Shown here: one piece after another, positions 1-15,766 of the stretch
Position numbering within the stretch: the stretch's first letter is position 1
Layout: every line of letters starts with the position of its first letter
Origin: the human T2T-CHM13v2.0 reference genome, Homo sapiens
Direction: 5' to 3' (one strand)
DNA: 64,000 nucleotides
Assembly (NCBI RefSeq): GCF_009914755.1
Contig: NC_060926.1
Notes under the pieces: model-generated
What the model was told of the DNA's origin: nothing
What the model saw: the letters and a program-made list of their open reading frames with translations, nothing else
Databases searched by the model: none
Program-made: the position numbers and the translations under genes

Positions 1-2139
1 TGATGTGATTCACTAGATTATATGTGTTTGGGGATGAGAAAGATTAGAAAATTAAGGCAGTTTTTTAAAAAGGAGGCATGAGATACAGCAAAACAACTGG
101 ATGGAAGGCATTAAAGGCAGAGACTGGGGGGTTTTATTTCTATTCTGGAGAATGAACCAGACTCCAGGCCTGTGTGCGCCCCCACTGTACCCCTTGCTTC
201 CTTTCCAAATAGCCAATAAAAGGCTGCAATGAAGTGTGTCTGACAAGCAGTCCCAATGGCAAAAGAATATCAAGACTGTTTCAATTATGTAGAAGAAATG
301 TGGAAAGGCTGCAAACAGACACTGACAGTAAGGTATTAAGGTGTTATAATAGCTTTATGAAATATTATAGGAGAATTCAGAGTTTGATAATAGGTATTTG
401 ACAGCTTTCTACCTCTTAGATAGCTTTCTGTTCTCTGTAGACTCAAGATAACGTTAATAAATAAGTTTAAGACTGCTTAAGTATGGCTCTGTTGTTTTTT
501 CCTTTTTACAATAAATCAAGCAAGGTGTTTAATTTCTCAGTGAGTGTAGCAAACACATAAACCAAAGTGAGTTCACAAAAACTTGGAAGCTGAGGATTAT
601 CATTTAAGAGCAATATAAACTGATCTTAAAAAGCTCTAAAAGCAATATTGTCTTCAGCTTTCCTAAAACTGGTTTAAATGTCATTTCTTTGAAATTGTAT
701 TTTTTAAATATAACATTTACATTATTTGTAGCTTCTGGCTGTTTGTTTGCATCACAAAATCTTAAGTTTTAATAAGGTGACTGCACTAGAATGTATGATC
801 CAGTGTCTCAGAATATCTTAAGTTCCATAAAAGCAGGGATCTTTGCTTTTGTTTACCAATGTTTCCCAAACATCTAGTATAATGCCTGGCTCATGGCAGG
901 TGCTCTATATAAATCTGATGAATTAATTAATGAATGAATCATAACTAACCAAAGGAAGCCAGTCACATAAATGGTCCTTACTTTGTTAATGTCCCAATTC
1001 AAAAGGTAAGCAGAAGAGTTTTCAAAACACTTTCTAGCTTTTTCCTGTCCTTTCCCTGGGTTAGTCAGTGACAGGACTGCTCTGTTCAGAAAGACTTGCC
1101 TTCATATTCCACTTTAGCTTTCAGGCAATAAATAGATTTCACTCATTTCATGCCATCTCAGAAAACCCTCTTTCCTTTAAAATGAGACATTTGTCCCCAG
1201 TAGCACACATAAGCTCTATGCTTATAAAACACTTTTCAAACTTAGAAACACCACACGAGAAATACTCAAACACAAACAAATATCCCTTAAGTTAGGATCT
1301 ACTCAGTGACTTCTTATAATGGTTAATTATGTAGAATACAAACTTACACTAGTTAGCCAGGGCATATTTACTTTACTCCTTGGAGAGAGACCACTCTCAG
1401 TGTTCACTATAAATAAGCTTTATATTTCCTAGATGTAAATACGAAGATATGGAGATGAGAATAATCATTCTGGTTATGATGCCAACATTCATTATCAGGG
1501 AATAACACTATTCCATGATAATAGCTAAATACAACTTGACAGACTATGCCTAACTTGGTAATTATGCCTCTTACCCTTTTTTCCCCAATACACAGTGTAT
1601 TTTACTTTGAGAAGACCTGGCCTTCTAGCTTTTGACATCTTTGGAAAAAAATGGCAGCTTTTTTGTGGGTGCAATAACTTCTCAGTAATAACTCATCTAA
1701 TCGTGGGGGTGTAGATTTTAGATGACTGCTTTGGAGACAAGACAAAGTCCCATTTCTCATGTATTTTAAAATTAAAAACTGCTAATTTGGGGGTATTAGC
1801 AATACCCAGATTCATTTTAAAATAAGTGCTGAATCATCTGTATATTTGGGGACAGCTGTGGTCGCAAAGAACCAAAATACTTTTGTTTGTTTGCTTTTTA
1901 TGGCACCTATTACAGCTGTTGCCAATAATATTACTCCTCTGACCTCTTCCATTGACATGTCTTAATCTGCCATAGCAATTCTGAATATGTGTAGGGCAGG
2001 TAAGGACAACATTTAGGAAAATAGTGTTATTGATCTTATTTTAAAATAAGGATTGAGGTACATGAGAAAAGCATCAAACCAATTCATAACGTCAGTAATT
2101 TTAAGAATCTTTATATTAAATACTATTAATGAGAGATTA

Positions 2140-3809
2140 ATAGAATTTTAGAATTTTAATACTTCTTAAAAGTAAAGTCTCTTGGCTAGTGCAGTAAAAT
2201 GAAACCATGCCGAATTCCCAAAGGGCAAAAAGAACTGACAGCTAAACCTCAGCAATTAGAAACAATATTGTTTTAATGTTGTCTTCTTTGTTTTTTAGTC
2301 ATTTCAATTGTAAAATCAACTGAAACTTAGGTTCTCGCCATCTATATAAAAACTGAGAGAGGAGGCCTCAGATTGTATGCAGTGCCACGGAAAGCACTGT
2401 GTGCATATTATATTTAATGCAATACAGATACTTTAGCTTTAATTTTAAAACAAAACTCAAGAAATCTTTATCTCCACCAAAGAAGAATACAGCATTTGCA
2501 TGATAATATAGTTGTGGTAGCAGTAGTGGAAAAACAAGATACAGCCACATAGACAGCAGTATGTAAAAGGGAAGAACCTTGTCAAACCCATCTCTTAATC
2601 TACTTTTTGTGTCAGTGATAAGGAAGGAAAAAGGTAAAAATACAGTATACTTCACGAAACATCATCCACTCAAAAAAGTGTCTGGAAAAAGTACAGGAGA
2701 GAGAATGGAACCATTCGCAAATGTGAAAAACACATATATCAGCGAAACATATGCAGTTCTCAATGCAGTTACATAGGAAATGAGTTTTGAAATGATCTGA
2801 TTCTCATATTATCTCTGGTGTATTATTCAAGTTGTCAGTTACTGCTTTTTCTACTCCTTTCCCAATTTTGTGGCTAATAGACTAAATACCACCCTAATAA
2901 CAAAAAGGACAAAGTAGCCCATTTAAGAAACATGAATTAAATTTCTGAGTTTATCTACATCTATGGTTAATTTCAACTTTTGAATGAGTGGTTGTGAATA
3001 GCCTAACTCCCTTGGGAGAACTGTAAAAATAATTGTATGTGACCAAGATGAAAGCAGAATGTATTCAGCTTTGGATATCAAACACAACTTGTGAATTTGG
3101 AAATGTACATCCTTCTATTGATATTAGCTAGTGTCATTAAGCCATAACAAACAGTAAAGCTAATATTCTCTTCTCAAGAAACAGAATTTGTCTTTGTCTT
3201 TAAATAGCCAATGTGAAAGATGTAATAAAATACACATTTTCCCCCTACCAGATCCATGATGGCTACCTTTGAAAGAGGACTGATATAATTGTATATAAAC
3301 TTGGCTTTGAACTATTTCACAGGTAAACCAATGGAAAACTGCCAGTTACACTTAAAGCAAAGAAAACATGTAAGAATTCTCCCACAGAAATTTACCGTTC
3401 CTACGTCAAGCAGTTCCCTAAATAACCACTGATTTATCCAACAACCTATAACAGTTGGGCACTGACTTTATGCATAACATTTGCTAGATGTTGCTTAACT
3501 TCTCCTTTCCCAAAGGACCCTCATTCTCGTCCTGATACTTTGGGTGTATCTGGATGTTTTTCACTTGTGAAACCCACTCTTCAGAGAATGCCTTTCAATT
3601 TTACCTTCAGTAAGATGCATGATGCCCTTCAGAGTAACTGATGTTTCTGAGTTAGAGAAAAATTCACTTGCTATCAACAGGTTGCAGCGAATTTGCTGGC
3701 CTTTCTTTCATTTCCCTAGAAACACAGGATGTGAAGGAACAGAGTAGCAGGAGGGAATCACAGATGAGAAGGAAAACTGTCGCCAGAGAAGATGAAAAAA
3801 ATTCATGCT
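2140..3809 (-). other. STAT1: STAT1-alpha 3' UTR (exon 25)
   Basis: Follows TAG at 3812-3810; ATTAAA hexamers on minus strand at 2272-2277 and 2155-2160; end approximate. Confidence 0.85.
2155..2160 (-). terminator. STAT1: ATTAAA poly(A) signal of STAT1-alpha (second ATTAAA at 2272-2277)
   Basis: tttaat on plus strand near the expected mRNA end. Confidence 0.65.
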
Positions 3810-3824
3810 CTATACTGTGTTCAT
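3810..3824 (-). CDS. STAT1: STAT1 exon 25 coding part (MNTV*)
   Basis: ATG AAC ACA GTA TAG after tttttacag acceptor. Confidence 0.97.
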   Translation of the reverse strand: MNTV

Positions 3825-4428
3825 CTGTAAAAAGACAAAATGTGGTTAAGTTTATTACACTGATCTTGTGAAATGCAGACTCATACATTAAACATTGCTT
3901 GTCTATTCTAGAATGAAGTAGTAGGAAGATACTTGCAATGGCAAATAAATACCGTGGAATAAGAGGGCCTTCAGCATGTACTATGTATTATCCTGGGCTA
4001 ATCAAGACCTTTTATATCACCTAAGCTGACGGATTATTACTCTGCTGCCCACTGGCTTAATTTTGTGAATCCATCCAGACTGCATAAAGCTTTTTGCTGT
4101 TATGCAAGTCTGGGGACAGAGCAACGTGTCAAATCTGCTCATGTGAAACGGGTGAGGAAATGCTGAGCCATATGCCAGAGGGAGAGAGGAAGGAGAGGGA
4201 AATGATACACTTCCCCTAAAGGCCACTCAGTGGGTAAAATCAATGACTGTGTTTCAGGTACAGACTAAAGAAGCAGAATTACTAAGAACCCCTTCACCTT
4301 CCCCACCAGTGCCTTCTGCCCAGCTGCCTTGACCAGGACAACTTATAGTAAGTAAACTGTTCATCCAAAGGATACTAGCCTGCCAGTGACTTCCTGTCTG
4401 ACTTCCACACTGGTCTTTCCCCTTAGAC

Positions 4429-4655
4429 CAGATGCTTTCAATCGAGGATGATTCTGTCCCCTGGCAATGGCTGAAGACATTGCTGATTGTCCCATCTGGC
4501 TGTGAGGGTGCATGTGCTTACTGGTATCTATTTGGTAGAAGCCAGAGGTGTTGCTGAACCTCCTACGAAGCACAGGAAAGCTCCCCACCCCACCAATCCC
4601 CAACAAATAATTCTGAAGCCCCGAATACCAGTAGCACCAAGACTGAGACACATGG
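4429..4655 (+). mobile_element. MER20-like hAT-Charlie DNA transposon relic
   Basis: Resembles MER20 consensus and the copy at 32396-32608; boundaries approximate. Confidence 0.55.
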
Positions 4656-4709
4656 CACTAGACTGGAAAGCCTCTGGAGAACTTTTTTTTAATCCCAAGT
4701 GCTCAATAG

Positions 4710-5123
<414 letters not shown>

Positions 5124-5920
5124 TGATGTTTCAAATGTGTGCTTAATAGGGTGGACCGTGGGGGTAAAGAGAGGGAGGGAGGGGGAGATAGATAGATAGA
5201 GGAAGAGAGGAAGCCCAGATTCAGATCCTGTCACTGCGTGACCAGGGCAAGTGGCTTAACCTCTCTAAATCTCAAAGTCTTCATCTATCAAAAGGGGATT
5301 AATAGTACCTAGCAGATAGGCTTGTTAAATTAGATGGCATACGTAAAATGTTTAGTATAGTAGACAGAAAGTAGTAGACAATTAATAGCTAGTCCTATCA
5401 TTATGAGCTTTGGCTAAAGGCCTCTTGGAGAGTAGACTGGTTCTATTACAGTCCCAGAGGAAAACACTGATTACACAGGAAATCCAGACTAAACAAATGC
5501 CCAAGTCATACTGCAGAGAACACTGGTGCTCTGGCTCTCTTGGACAATTTCCTCAGGAGCCTATGGTCCTGTTGCTCCTGAGGCTGCACCAGGCGTTGGC
5601 CCCTGGTACCACCCTCTTTCAGAGCTGCAACCTCCAGACTTGGCAGAAGACAGCCAGCTTGGGGAGAGCTGCTTCTGTTTCAGAGTATACACTCTGATTC
5701 TAAGAGTAGATGCTGGATGGAAGTCATGGCCAAGGGGCAGGACAGCAAACCATTGTGAAGTCAACCCAATTTAGAGACTGATTCAACCGTTGTCTAACCA
5801 GTGCCGTGCCTATATTATGAACTCTTTTTCTTTTCTTTTCTTTTTTTTTTTTTATATTATAGCCTCTTTTAGCTCTTTAAGTCTTCTATGGGTTTAATGG
5901 GAGGCTTTAGTGGTGTATAG

Positions 5921-5923
<3 letters not shown>

Positions 5924-5962
<39 letters not shown>
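5924..5962. repeat. (GT)n microsatellite
   Basis: About 19 perfect TG units. Confidence 0.98.
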
Positions 5963-5965
<3 letters not shown>

Positions 5966-7802
5966 TGGATTTATTTTATTCTACAAATGAAATGAATAAA
6001 ATCACCTGAAATGGAACGGAATGGCTACAGCGAGTGTCCAAAGACCACAAAACTGTTTCCTGACATGTGCTTAGCATATTTAAATTGTTCTCACAGTATC
6101 ATCCTGAGAGCAGAGAGAGCAGTCCAACTGCTCCACAGGACTGCAGAGAGGGAACCAATCCATCTATTTTCTCAATAATGGTGATGACAGAGATGGAATG
6201 CTGATTGCCAAATCCCAAACACATACGGGCCTCTCACCCAAAGGCCATGATGCCTTTGTCTTAATAACAGAATAAACCCAATCCTGTACAAACAGCTTCT
6301 TCAGGGTGCATGTTTTGAATGGGGCAAAGATTAGCTTTTTGTGGGAGGCTTTCCAGGATACCGGACAAAAGCATGCACTAGAGACTCACTAGGTAGATTC
6401 AAATATTCTTTCTACCATTTACTAACTGCTTGATCTTAGTCAAGTTACATAAAAGGGGCTGTGTGGGGAGGAGGGGCTCTGTTCCCACATCTGTCAAAGT
6501 AGGAATAACAATAACACCTAACTCAGAAGGTGGCTGTGAGGACTGAATGAGTTACTACCTGTGAAGTACATGGTATACTGTAGGTGCTTAATGTCACCTA
6601 TTAATGGTGGTGGTGATGATGATGTAATTTGCTCAGGAACAACAAAGGAGGTATAAAAAATCCCCCCATTTTACAGTTCCTGTGATGTAACATATTTTCT
6701 GAATAGGGCTTTATATTTATTCCATTTTTGTGCCAGGCCTATAGCAGTGTTGGGAGCGAAACTCTAGCAGGATCCTTCTTACATGCAGAAAAGGTTCATT
6801 TTACACTTGCCAATAGGAATGAAACTATTTCGCTGCCACAATAGCTAACTGTTTTTCTAAATGGCCTATTTCGTCAACAACAATCAGGAAAGTGTAGGAA
6901 GGTACAATCTCTAATGATTGTAGCCCGTGCTTAAGGTGAGGAAAAAAGTCAAAAAATTACACATGAGAAACCTGAATCCAGGCAGATCTTACTGAGGCCT
7001 TATCATCGCATTCCCCAAATGTCTGAAGAGTGACGCCCTCTCATTCTCGCTCACCTTTCCCCTCCCTGCCTTCCTCTCTTTGTTGAGCACCTACTTTTTG
7101 CCAGGCACCGGGTATACAGTAAGGAAGAAAGGCCAGTAATAACTCAGGATATTTTTTGGAAGCATTAAATAAATTTTTAAAAATGAGCTGGAATAGCTCC
7201 ATGTGGAAAAGAGCTTAAAATTAAACAGCATCAGCAAAAATCCAGCCAAGCAAGCACAATCTTTAAGAGGAAGGATTTTAGGCTGAAAGGCAAACAATAC
7301 TAGTTGATATACTAAAAAACACCCTCCAAAAGGAAGATGTTCCCTTTTGTGGACAATCATATTCCCATTTCTATCACGAATCTCATTAACTATTTCACTC
7401 CTTGAACCTTTTACTCTTGGCAAGCCCTTCACAGCCCCAGGAGCTACTTGTACAAATTAGCTCTCAAATATAAGGCAGATGAAGTAATCTCATTGCTGCT
7501 AAAGTATAATTCTCTCTAATTACTGTAACTACCAAGCGTTAGTCCCTCCCTTTCTAAAAATAACACTCCCTCCCCTAGACACAGTGATGAAATCGCATTC
7601 CGAAGAAAAACATTTGCTTATCAAAGAAATCTTAGTTCCTTAATATATGAAATTTCTACATGGACAACTTTAAAGGGGAGAGGAGGAAACCTGAATATTA
7701 GAAATGTCACTTGTTTTTTGGAAGGTGCTGAATGCGAGGAATAAAAATCCCACTGATGATGTAGGTGGTTTAAATCCAGCAGCTCCAACTTGTCATGGCT
7801 CA

Positions 7803-8069
<267 letters not shown>

Positions 8070-8660
8070 TCAACATCTGAGTGATGAAAGCACTAGTGCA
8101 TACTTACACACTTTATCTTTTGTCTGTAATTGAATTATCACGTTATATTTTTATTTTGGGTAAGTGCATACACTTGTAAAATACATTTGCAAAAGTACAG
8201 CTCATGGGAGGCTCATGTCCCCAGCCCAGCCCCTTGGGAAATGTTTCACACTCCAGGGATGTGATAAGCAATAGCCAGACTGGAATCTGTGCCGCTTCTG
8301 CCTGGGTAAGCCTAGGTGTGAGCATGTGCGGTGCACTACCCTGAGATGACAATGCCTCGTGGCTTACCCTGGACAGAAAAGCACCAGAGAAATGTCTGGG
8401 GAGTCCCTCATCCCTACCTTGAGGTTTGAATGCAGATAAAGCTGCTCCACACAGTGTTTTTACATGAAGGCTACATCCATTCACCCCAAGACAGTGCTGC
8501 AGGCCAAATAACTGACAATGACATTTCCAAAATTTTTTCTACCTTTTATAAAATGAAACAACAAAATCAAAGCAAGTGGAGACAGTGTATCTCAATCATT
8601 ACTTTGGCCTTTTCTAGATTGAAAAGAACTACTTTCCCACTCTGATCAACTTTTGCTCAT

Positions 8661-8666
8661 TTTATT
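8661..8666 (-). terminator. STAT1: AATAAA intronic poly(A) signal, candidate for STAT1-beta
   Basis: tttatt on plus strand about 250 nt past the beta stop codon at 8918-8916. Confidence 0.75.
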
Positions 8667-8918
8667 TATACTTTTTCAAAGGGTATCAGTTTTGGGAAAA
8701 TTTATATACCTTAAATACAAATTTGGTTTTTGGCTTTTTTTTTTTTTTTAAAGTAGTAAAATGCTGATAGGCAGTAACACGGGGATCTCAACAAGTTCAG
8801 CTGTGATGGCGATAGCAATTACAATGGAAAAGTAAAATACAAGCATCTTCAACAGGCCCCAGCCAGGAGCAAGGCTGGCTTGAGGTTTGTAAACATGTCA
8901 CTCTTCTGTGTTCACTTA

Positions 8919-9026
<108 letters not shown>

Positions 9027-9903
9027 TCAACCGAAATTCCATCAGAATACAACATCAACTTTTCGGGGGGATTAAAGTTCTACTGTGTTTCTAGACAGCT
9101 TAGCCTCCTAAAACTTTAAGGAGCTATAACCTCCCTGCCTGAGTCACCTAAAATTCTAGTGGGAATGCAGAAACAACGAGAAGAAGGATCTGAATTCAGT
9201 CTGGAAATAAGCTAGTGTTCAGCAGGACACTAGCTAGGAGCTTTCTCTTTACACAACTTGAAATCTTACAAGAAGTCTGAGCCCAAAATATGCAAAGTTC
9301 TATCCAGTTTATTGGCATTAGCCTGGCTAATGAATATTCACAGCTGTCAAGGTAAGCTGGGGACATCTTCATTCCAAAGTAATTGTCCTAATATTGAGAT
9401 TTCTGATTCTGAAAAACAGCTTTGTTGGTGTGTTCCAAACAAAACAGGTCTAATTCGAACCTTCTCAAATGCAATTCATTGACAACTGAGAAGCAAGAGA
9501 CCTGTGTTCTCAGATGAGGCCTCCTCTTAATAATTATCTAATAAAAATAGGATCTAGTAAGTAATTGGGCCACCCTAAATGAACCACTTCACTTCTCCCA
9601 GGCCTCAGTTTCCTCAACTTTAACGTGAGCAAGATGCCTTCTGTTGGTTTACCACAGTTCCTTATTTAAACCCTTTTCATGTGGAAACAGTGATAGTAAC
9701 AAATACACAAGACCAGCAATGGACTTTTCCAACATTCCTAAAATAGGAAATTGTCCATTCATTTCTTACTAGCTGTATCAGGCCAAATAATGCATTATGT
9801 TTCACCTGCACTGAGTTTATGCCATCTTTTGAAAGCCTACTCTTACCAATTCGAAAGCAAAACACTGCATGGGTGGAGTTTCAGAATAATCACCCCCTCA
9901 TCA

Positions 9904-10149
<246 letters not shown>

Positions 10150-10994
10150 CTAAGTAAATCCCATAGAACATCCCAAAATGAAAGAGGACAGAGAAATAAA
10201 ACACTGCAGAGTTGATGGATTTGAGTGAACCTCATAAGAACTAATCACAATCTAAGCATTATAACATATACAGTAGACTGCTTTATTTCTAAATAAATTA
10301 TAATACTGTCTCAGGGAAAATAAAGGGAGGTATTATTCTCAATAACATTCTATTTGCCATTATTTGCTTAGATTTATAAATCTGGGCAAAAAAGATTTAT
10401 TAAAAACCTTTAAAAGCCTGCATCTTCAATGATGTGCTGCCCATAGGCACATAAATAACTTACTACTAAGTGGATCATCTTGGCTTAAGCCACAGATTTA
10501 AATTACTAGAGATAAACTCACTTTGTTTTTCTTTTCATATTGAAAAATCTAATTTTTTATTAAAATAAATTATGATATATAGAAAACAACATTTCAAATT
10601 AAAAATGATCCTATTTGCTACATTTCCCTGTAACCCTTAACGTAATAAACCATGGTTTAATTTACTCCCGTTCTTATTCCCAGACTGAATTCAGATCCTT
10701 CTTCCTAGCTGATACAGAATCTCCCTTTGGGTGTCGACCTTCCAGAGGCCACGGTTCAGGTGTTCTGGGGAGCCTGCTGTGGAACATGAGACTATGCTGC
10801 CATCCTAACCCTTCCTGGCTGGTAGTGTCCTGCTTGACCTTTCCTGGTTGCCAAGGGTTTTCTTCATCTCTGCTTGGTCTACTATATCTGTCTCTCAGCT
10901 GGTTCAGGAAGGGAACAGGATAAGAGGAAAAGGGCAGGTTCTAATGACTACTGCCCACGCCAGACTCTCATCTCAGCCTCCCTGCTTTTTCCTC

Positions 10995-11233
10995 AGAAGA
11001 AAAATAGAACAAGAAAAGTATTCCAGAAAAACAAATAGAACAAGAAGAGTATTCCTGAAAAATAAACAGAACAAGAAAGAATACCGTTCCAGAAAAAAAA
11101 AATAGAAGAGTATTCCAGAAAAACAAACAGAACAAGAAGAGTATGGCAGAAAAACAAATAGAATAAGAGTATTCCAGAAAAACAGGAGAAGAGGAATATT
11201 TCAGAAAAATAAATAGAACAAGAAGAGTATTCC
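10995..11233. repeat. Purine-rich minisatellite, about 8 units of ~31 bp (AGAACAAGAAGAGTATTCCAGAAAAACAAAT)
   Basis: Core TTCC or variant at 11021, 11052, 11087, 11113, 11144, 11172, 11199, 11230. Confidence 0.93.
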
Positions 11234-11865
11234 ATTTTGTGTCTACCCACTGAAAGTATAAAAATTACTAAAACAAATCAGTTTTTCCTCCTGCCCTTCA
11301 AACAGACCAAACTCTAAACAACAGTGAAAAGTAATCAGTTGGTCTTTATGATTTTTTCATTTACGCTGTTGAGCTTCACCCTCAGAAACCTGCTTCATAA
11401 CACCAAGGTTTCTGGAGTCTTTTAGCCATGGACTCATTTGATTAAATAGAAACCCCATATATGATAAAGATAAATTTGCAGCTGCTCTGTTTGAAGGCAG
11501 GGTAGAGGCTGCCACTCGTCCCAACAGGTCCTGCATCAACTCCCTGGCTGATGATGTGTATGAAGTCTTCTCCCGAAGCCTGTCTCATCTGCACACTCTA
11601 CTCTGGGATGACCCTAAGAGAATGTGGATGCTTACTCCTGTGGGAAATGTGATTCCTTCCAAGAACGGGTTGCAGATTACATTGACTCACATCCTTGATC
11701 TGCAGATAACAAACCTGATGCAAAGGAAAGAATTGGCATTGTCTTTTCAAAACCATCATTTCCACAATATGTTCCAGAGAGTGAACCACAACCACAAACA
11801 TTTGTGGTGGTTTATTAAATCCTATCGGGGGCTCATTTGGGGTAAGTATAAGATCTGCAATTTCA

Positions 11866-12174
<309 letters not shown>

Positions 12175-12878
12175 TTACAAACCAAGAAAATGGCTGGAAT
12201 GTGAGAAAAAAAACCTACGGTAAAAAACGTAGACTATTTTAAAATCTGTTCAGTTGACACTTAAGGAAGCATTTCACTTATACATGTATATACTAAGGTT
12301 TTAAAAAAAGCGATATGAACATGGTGTCAGTAGGATGCTACAGATGCTCAATAACACGTGTGGGATTAATGAGCCTTTTATTGTTCCTTTATTATTTTAA
12401 AGGCCATAACAATGTCTGAATGTATACATCTTTTTTACTGGAGAGGAAGACCTAGGCAATATATTTTCATATTTTAGCCCTTCTGATCAAGTTAAAGCTT
12501 CTGTTGAAATATCAGCCGATCCTGGCAATAAGTCAAGATAGAAATGATTTACCCAGTTAAAAGGGTTTTTCTTCCTTCCTAGGGGCCACATAGTAGGTGC
12601 TCAAAAAATTTTTGTTGAGTGAATGAATGCATGAATGGCACTCAAGAGTTGTTTTTTTTTTTTAATTTAGCTTTGCCAATACATATACTTGTACTAAGAA
12701 AGTGTAAGGTTAATGTTATGAGGTTCTACTCTTCTGAAGCCCTGAAGGGGCAGCCTATAAATGCGCACTCCTGTGAGATTCACACACGCCTAGTCAAATA
12801 CTGAAGCTGGACTCAGGCCTTGTCTCAACCTCGCAGCACTAAAAATATGTTTCAAAATACATCTATCGGTGGCCCTTA

Positions 12879-13157
<279 letters not shown>

Positions 13158-13655
13158 TCAGACCAGGAGCTCTCCAGAGCTCTCCACTTCCCTGGGCCGG
13201 GCTCTGCTTCCCTTTCCAAACAGTAGCAAGCTAGCCTGGGGGTGACCTCCAGCGTGACTCACGGAAACACAAGCTGCCCCACACTAGCAAAATCCAGCAG
13301 TGCAAGCTGGTCCGCACTGTCTGGTGACTCCAGCAGAATCTAAATGTTCCCCGCAGTGGGCCCCTCTGCTCGAGCAGGCCGTTAAACTCGTCTGGCTGGT
13401 CAGGCTGCGCCACCCAGCCCACAACATACATTTCACACAGAAATGGCTAAAACACTGCTGGGCAGGGGTCCAGCGTGAGTGAACAGAAGCCTCATTTCAG
13501 ATATGAAAGAATGTTATCACTCAGGCAGGTGCTTCCTGTCAGACTCCTGCTCGGAGACCAACCTCCTGCACTGAAGAAAAGTAAACAACTTGCCCGAGGG
13601 GCTCCTTGGCCAGAGAAGAACACGCCAAAATAAGCAAACAGTTAAGTAACTATCA

Positions 13656-13934
<279 letters not shown>

Positions 13935-15455
13935 TTAACTGAGCAATTATAATACGTGCTGTAAGAGGGCGGAATTTAAATGGTCTAAAATATGTATATG
14001 TTGGTTTGAGTTTAATGGCAGAAAGGAATGGATGGCAGATTCCTGGGCACCACGATATGAGAGTTTTTAGGGAAAGCGGAAACATCACAAAGCCTTACCA
14101 TCTGCTCTCTCCCTCCCCAGCCCCCCTTTTCCCTCCCTCCTCTAAAGAGAGGACAGTCCTTTTAATGCCTCTTCATGTTACACTTCCTTCCAAGACCATC
14201 AGCTGACTTTGCCTTTTGCACTAAATCAAAGGTGTTCTGCTGGGCCTCCTAGAGAAGCCTCCCTATCCAGTGCCTCTTCCCACTGCCTTCCTCTGCTGCT
14301 CAGCAGAGCCCCCTCTCCCAAGGATCCTACAGAATTTTTTTCAAAGTTCAACCTAGGTGCCCAAGATCACCCCTAGATCTTCAATGTAACTGATACTTGA
14401 CTTTACAAGTTTATTTTAGACATTATTTATGCATTTCCCTCAGCTTTCCTCCAAATAGGACATGGGCTCAGGGAGTCTGATGCAAATCAAAAACCAAGTG
14501 AGAGAAACGAGAGGAAGAAGCCCGGGGTTATTAGCTACACAAATTAAAGCAGCCTGGGCGAGAAGAGGCGGTAAGCCCATTATCGGTCTTCAAAGAGAAC
14601 TACAAATGAGCCATTACAGCTAGAAAAGATATCCTTCTTAACTCTCACCAAATAAAGAAATGGAATAAGGGGATTTTGTACTTGTATTAAACAGCACAAG
14701 ACCACCACTGTGACAGCTGCATATCCAAGAGAAGAAGGCACTGTTGAAAGTCACTGAGTTAGGAAGAGCCTACTGCTGTTTGGAGTAAATGCAGTGCTGC
14801 TCTACAGAAAGCAAATCTGGATACAAGTTGTCCACGGATTTTTAAAGAAATAGTTCAGATAGCCTCACTCACTGAAAGATCTGACCTTGAGACTAGTGGA
14901 TCTTTGATTTGTTTAGTATGAAGGACTAATAAATGCACTGACATTAACCACTGAAAGGGAATTATCTACCACTGTCTAGACTCTGTCCAATCAGGCAAAA
15001 CTGCAGATCAAAAGAGGCATCCTCTTGTGGGGACGGCATCCTCTGCTACCTGGGCCCCACCTGAGGCAAGGGCCCTGGGTTTATGCTGCAGTGGGCAAGC
15101 CCCAGGACTTTATTTCTCATCATGTCAGGGACTTCCTTTTTTCTCCCCAAGGTTAATGGTTAATAGGCCTTCATCTTTCTCATCCAGGAACTTATTTCAG
15201 CCACAAATAATATATTTTACATAATTCATAAAACTTTCCCTTGGGAATTCATCTCAGAAATCTTAATATGAGACAATGAGGAACGGATTCATTTAAATGT
15301 TATCAGGTCTATATTTCTTTCTAAGGTGACATATGATTCTCACTTAGCTATAATAAACTATAGCTTGAAAAGCTGACAGATTTTAGTACTTTTTTACCTT
15401 TAACAAAATAGCAGAGGGGAAAAGAGCAATTAGAGAGATATTTTTATGAATTTCA

Positions 15456-15626
<171 letters not shown>

Positions 15627-15766
15627 CTAGAGAGAAAACACCCAAAATCTAAGGGTTACTACAGAGACACCAGTCACAAGTGTGGCACTAAAACATATGT
15701 CCATCCCAAAGTTCAATTCTAGTTTATATGACACACAGGTGCTTTCACAGTAGGGGAAGAGAAATA

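Noticed and set aside
1-2100. Possible GLS 3' end at the window start
   Set aside because: GLS is the known neighbour, but no coding or clearly identifiable exon sequence is visible here
10995-11233. CRISPR-like array
   Set aside because: Units are contiguous with no unique spacers; mammalian intron; no cas genes
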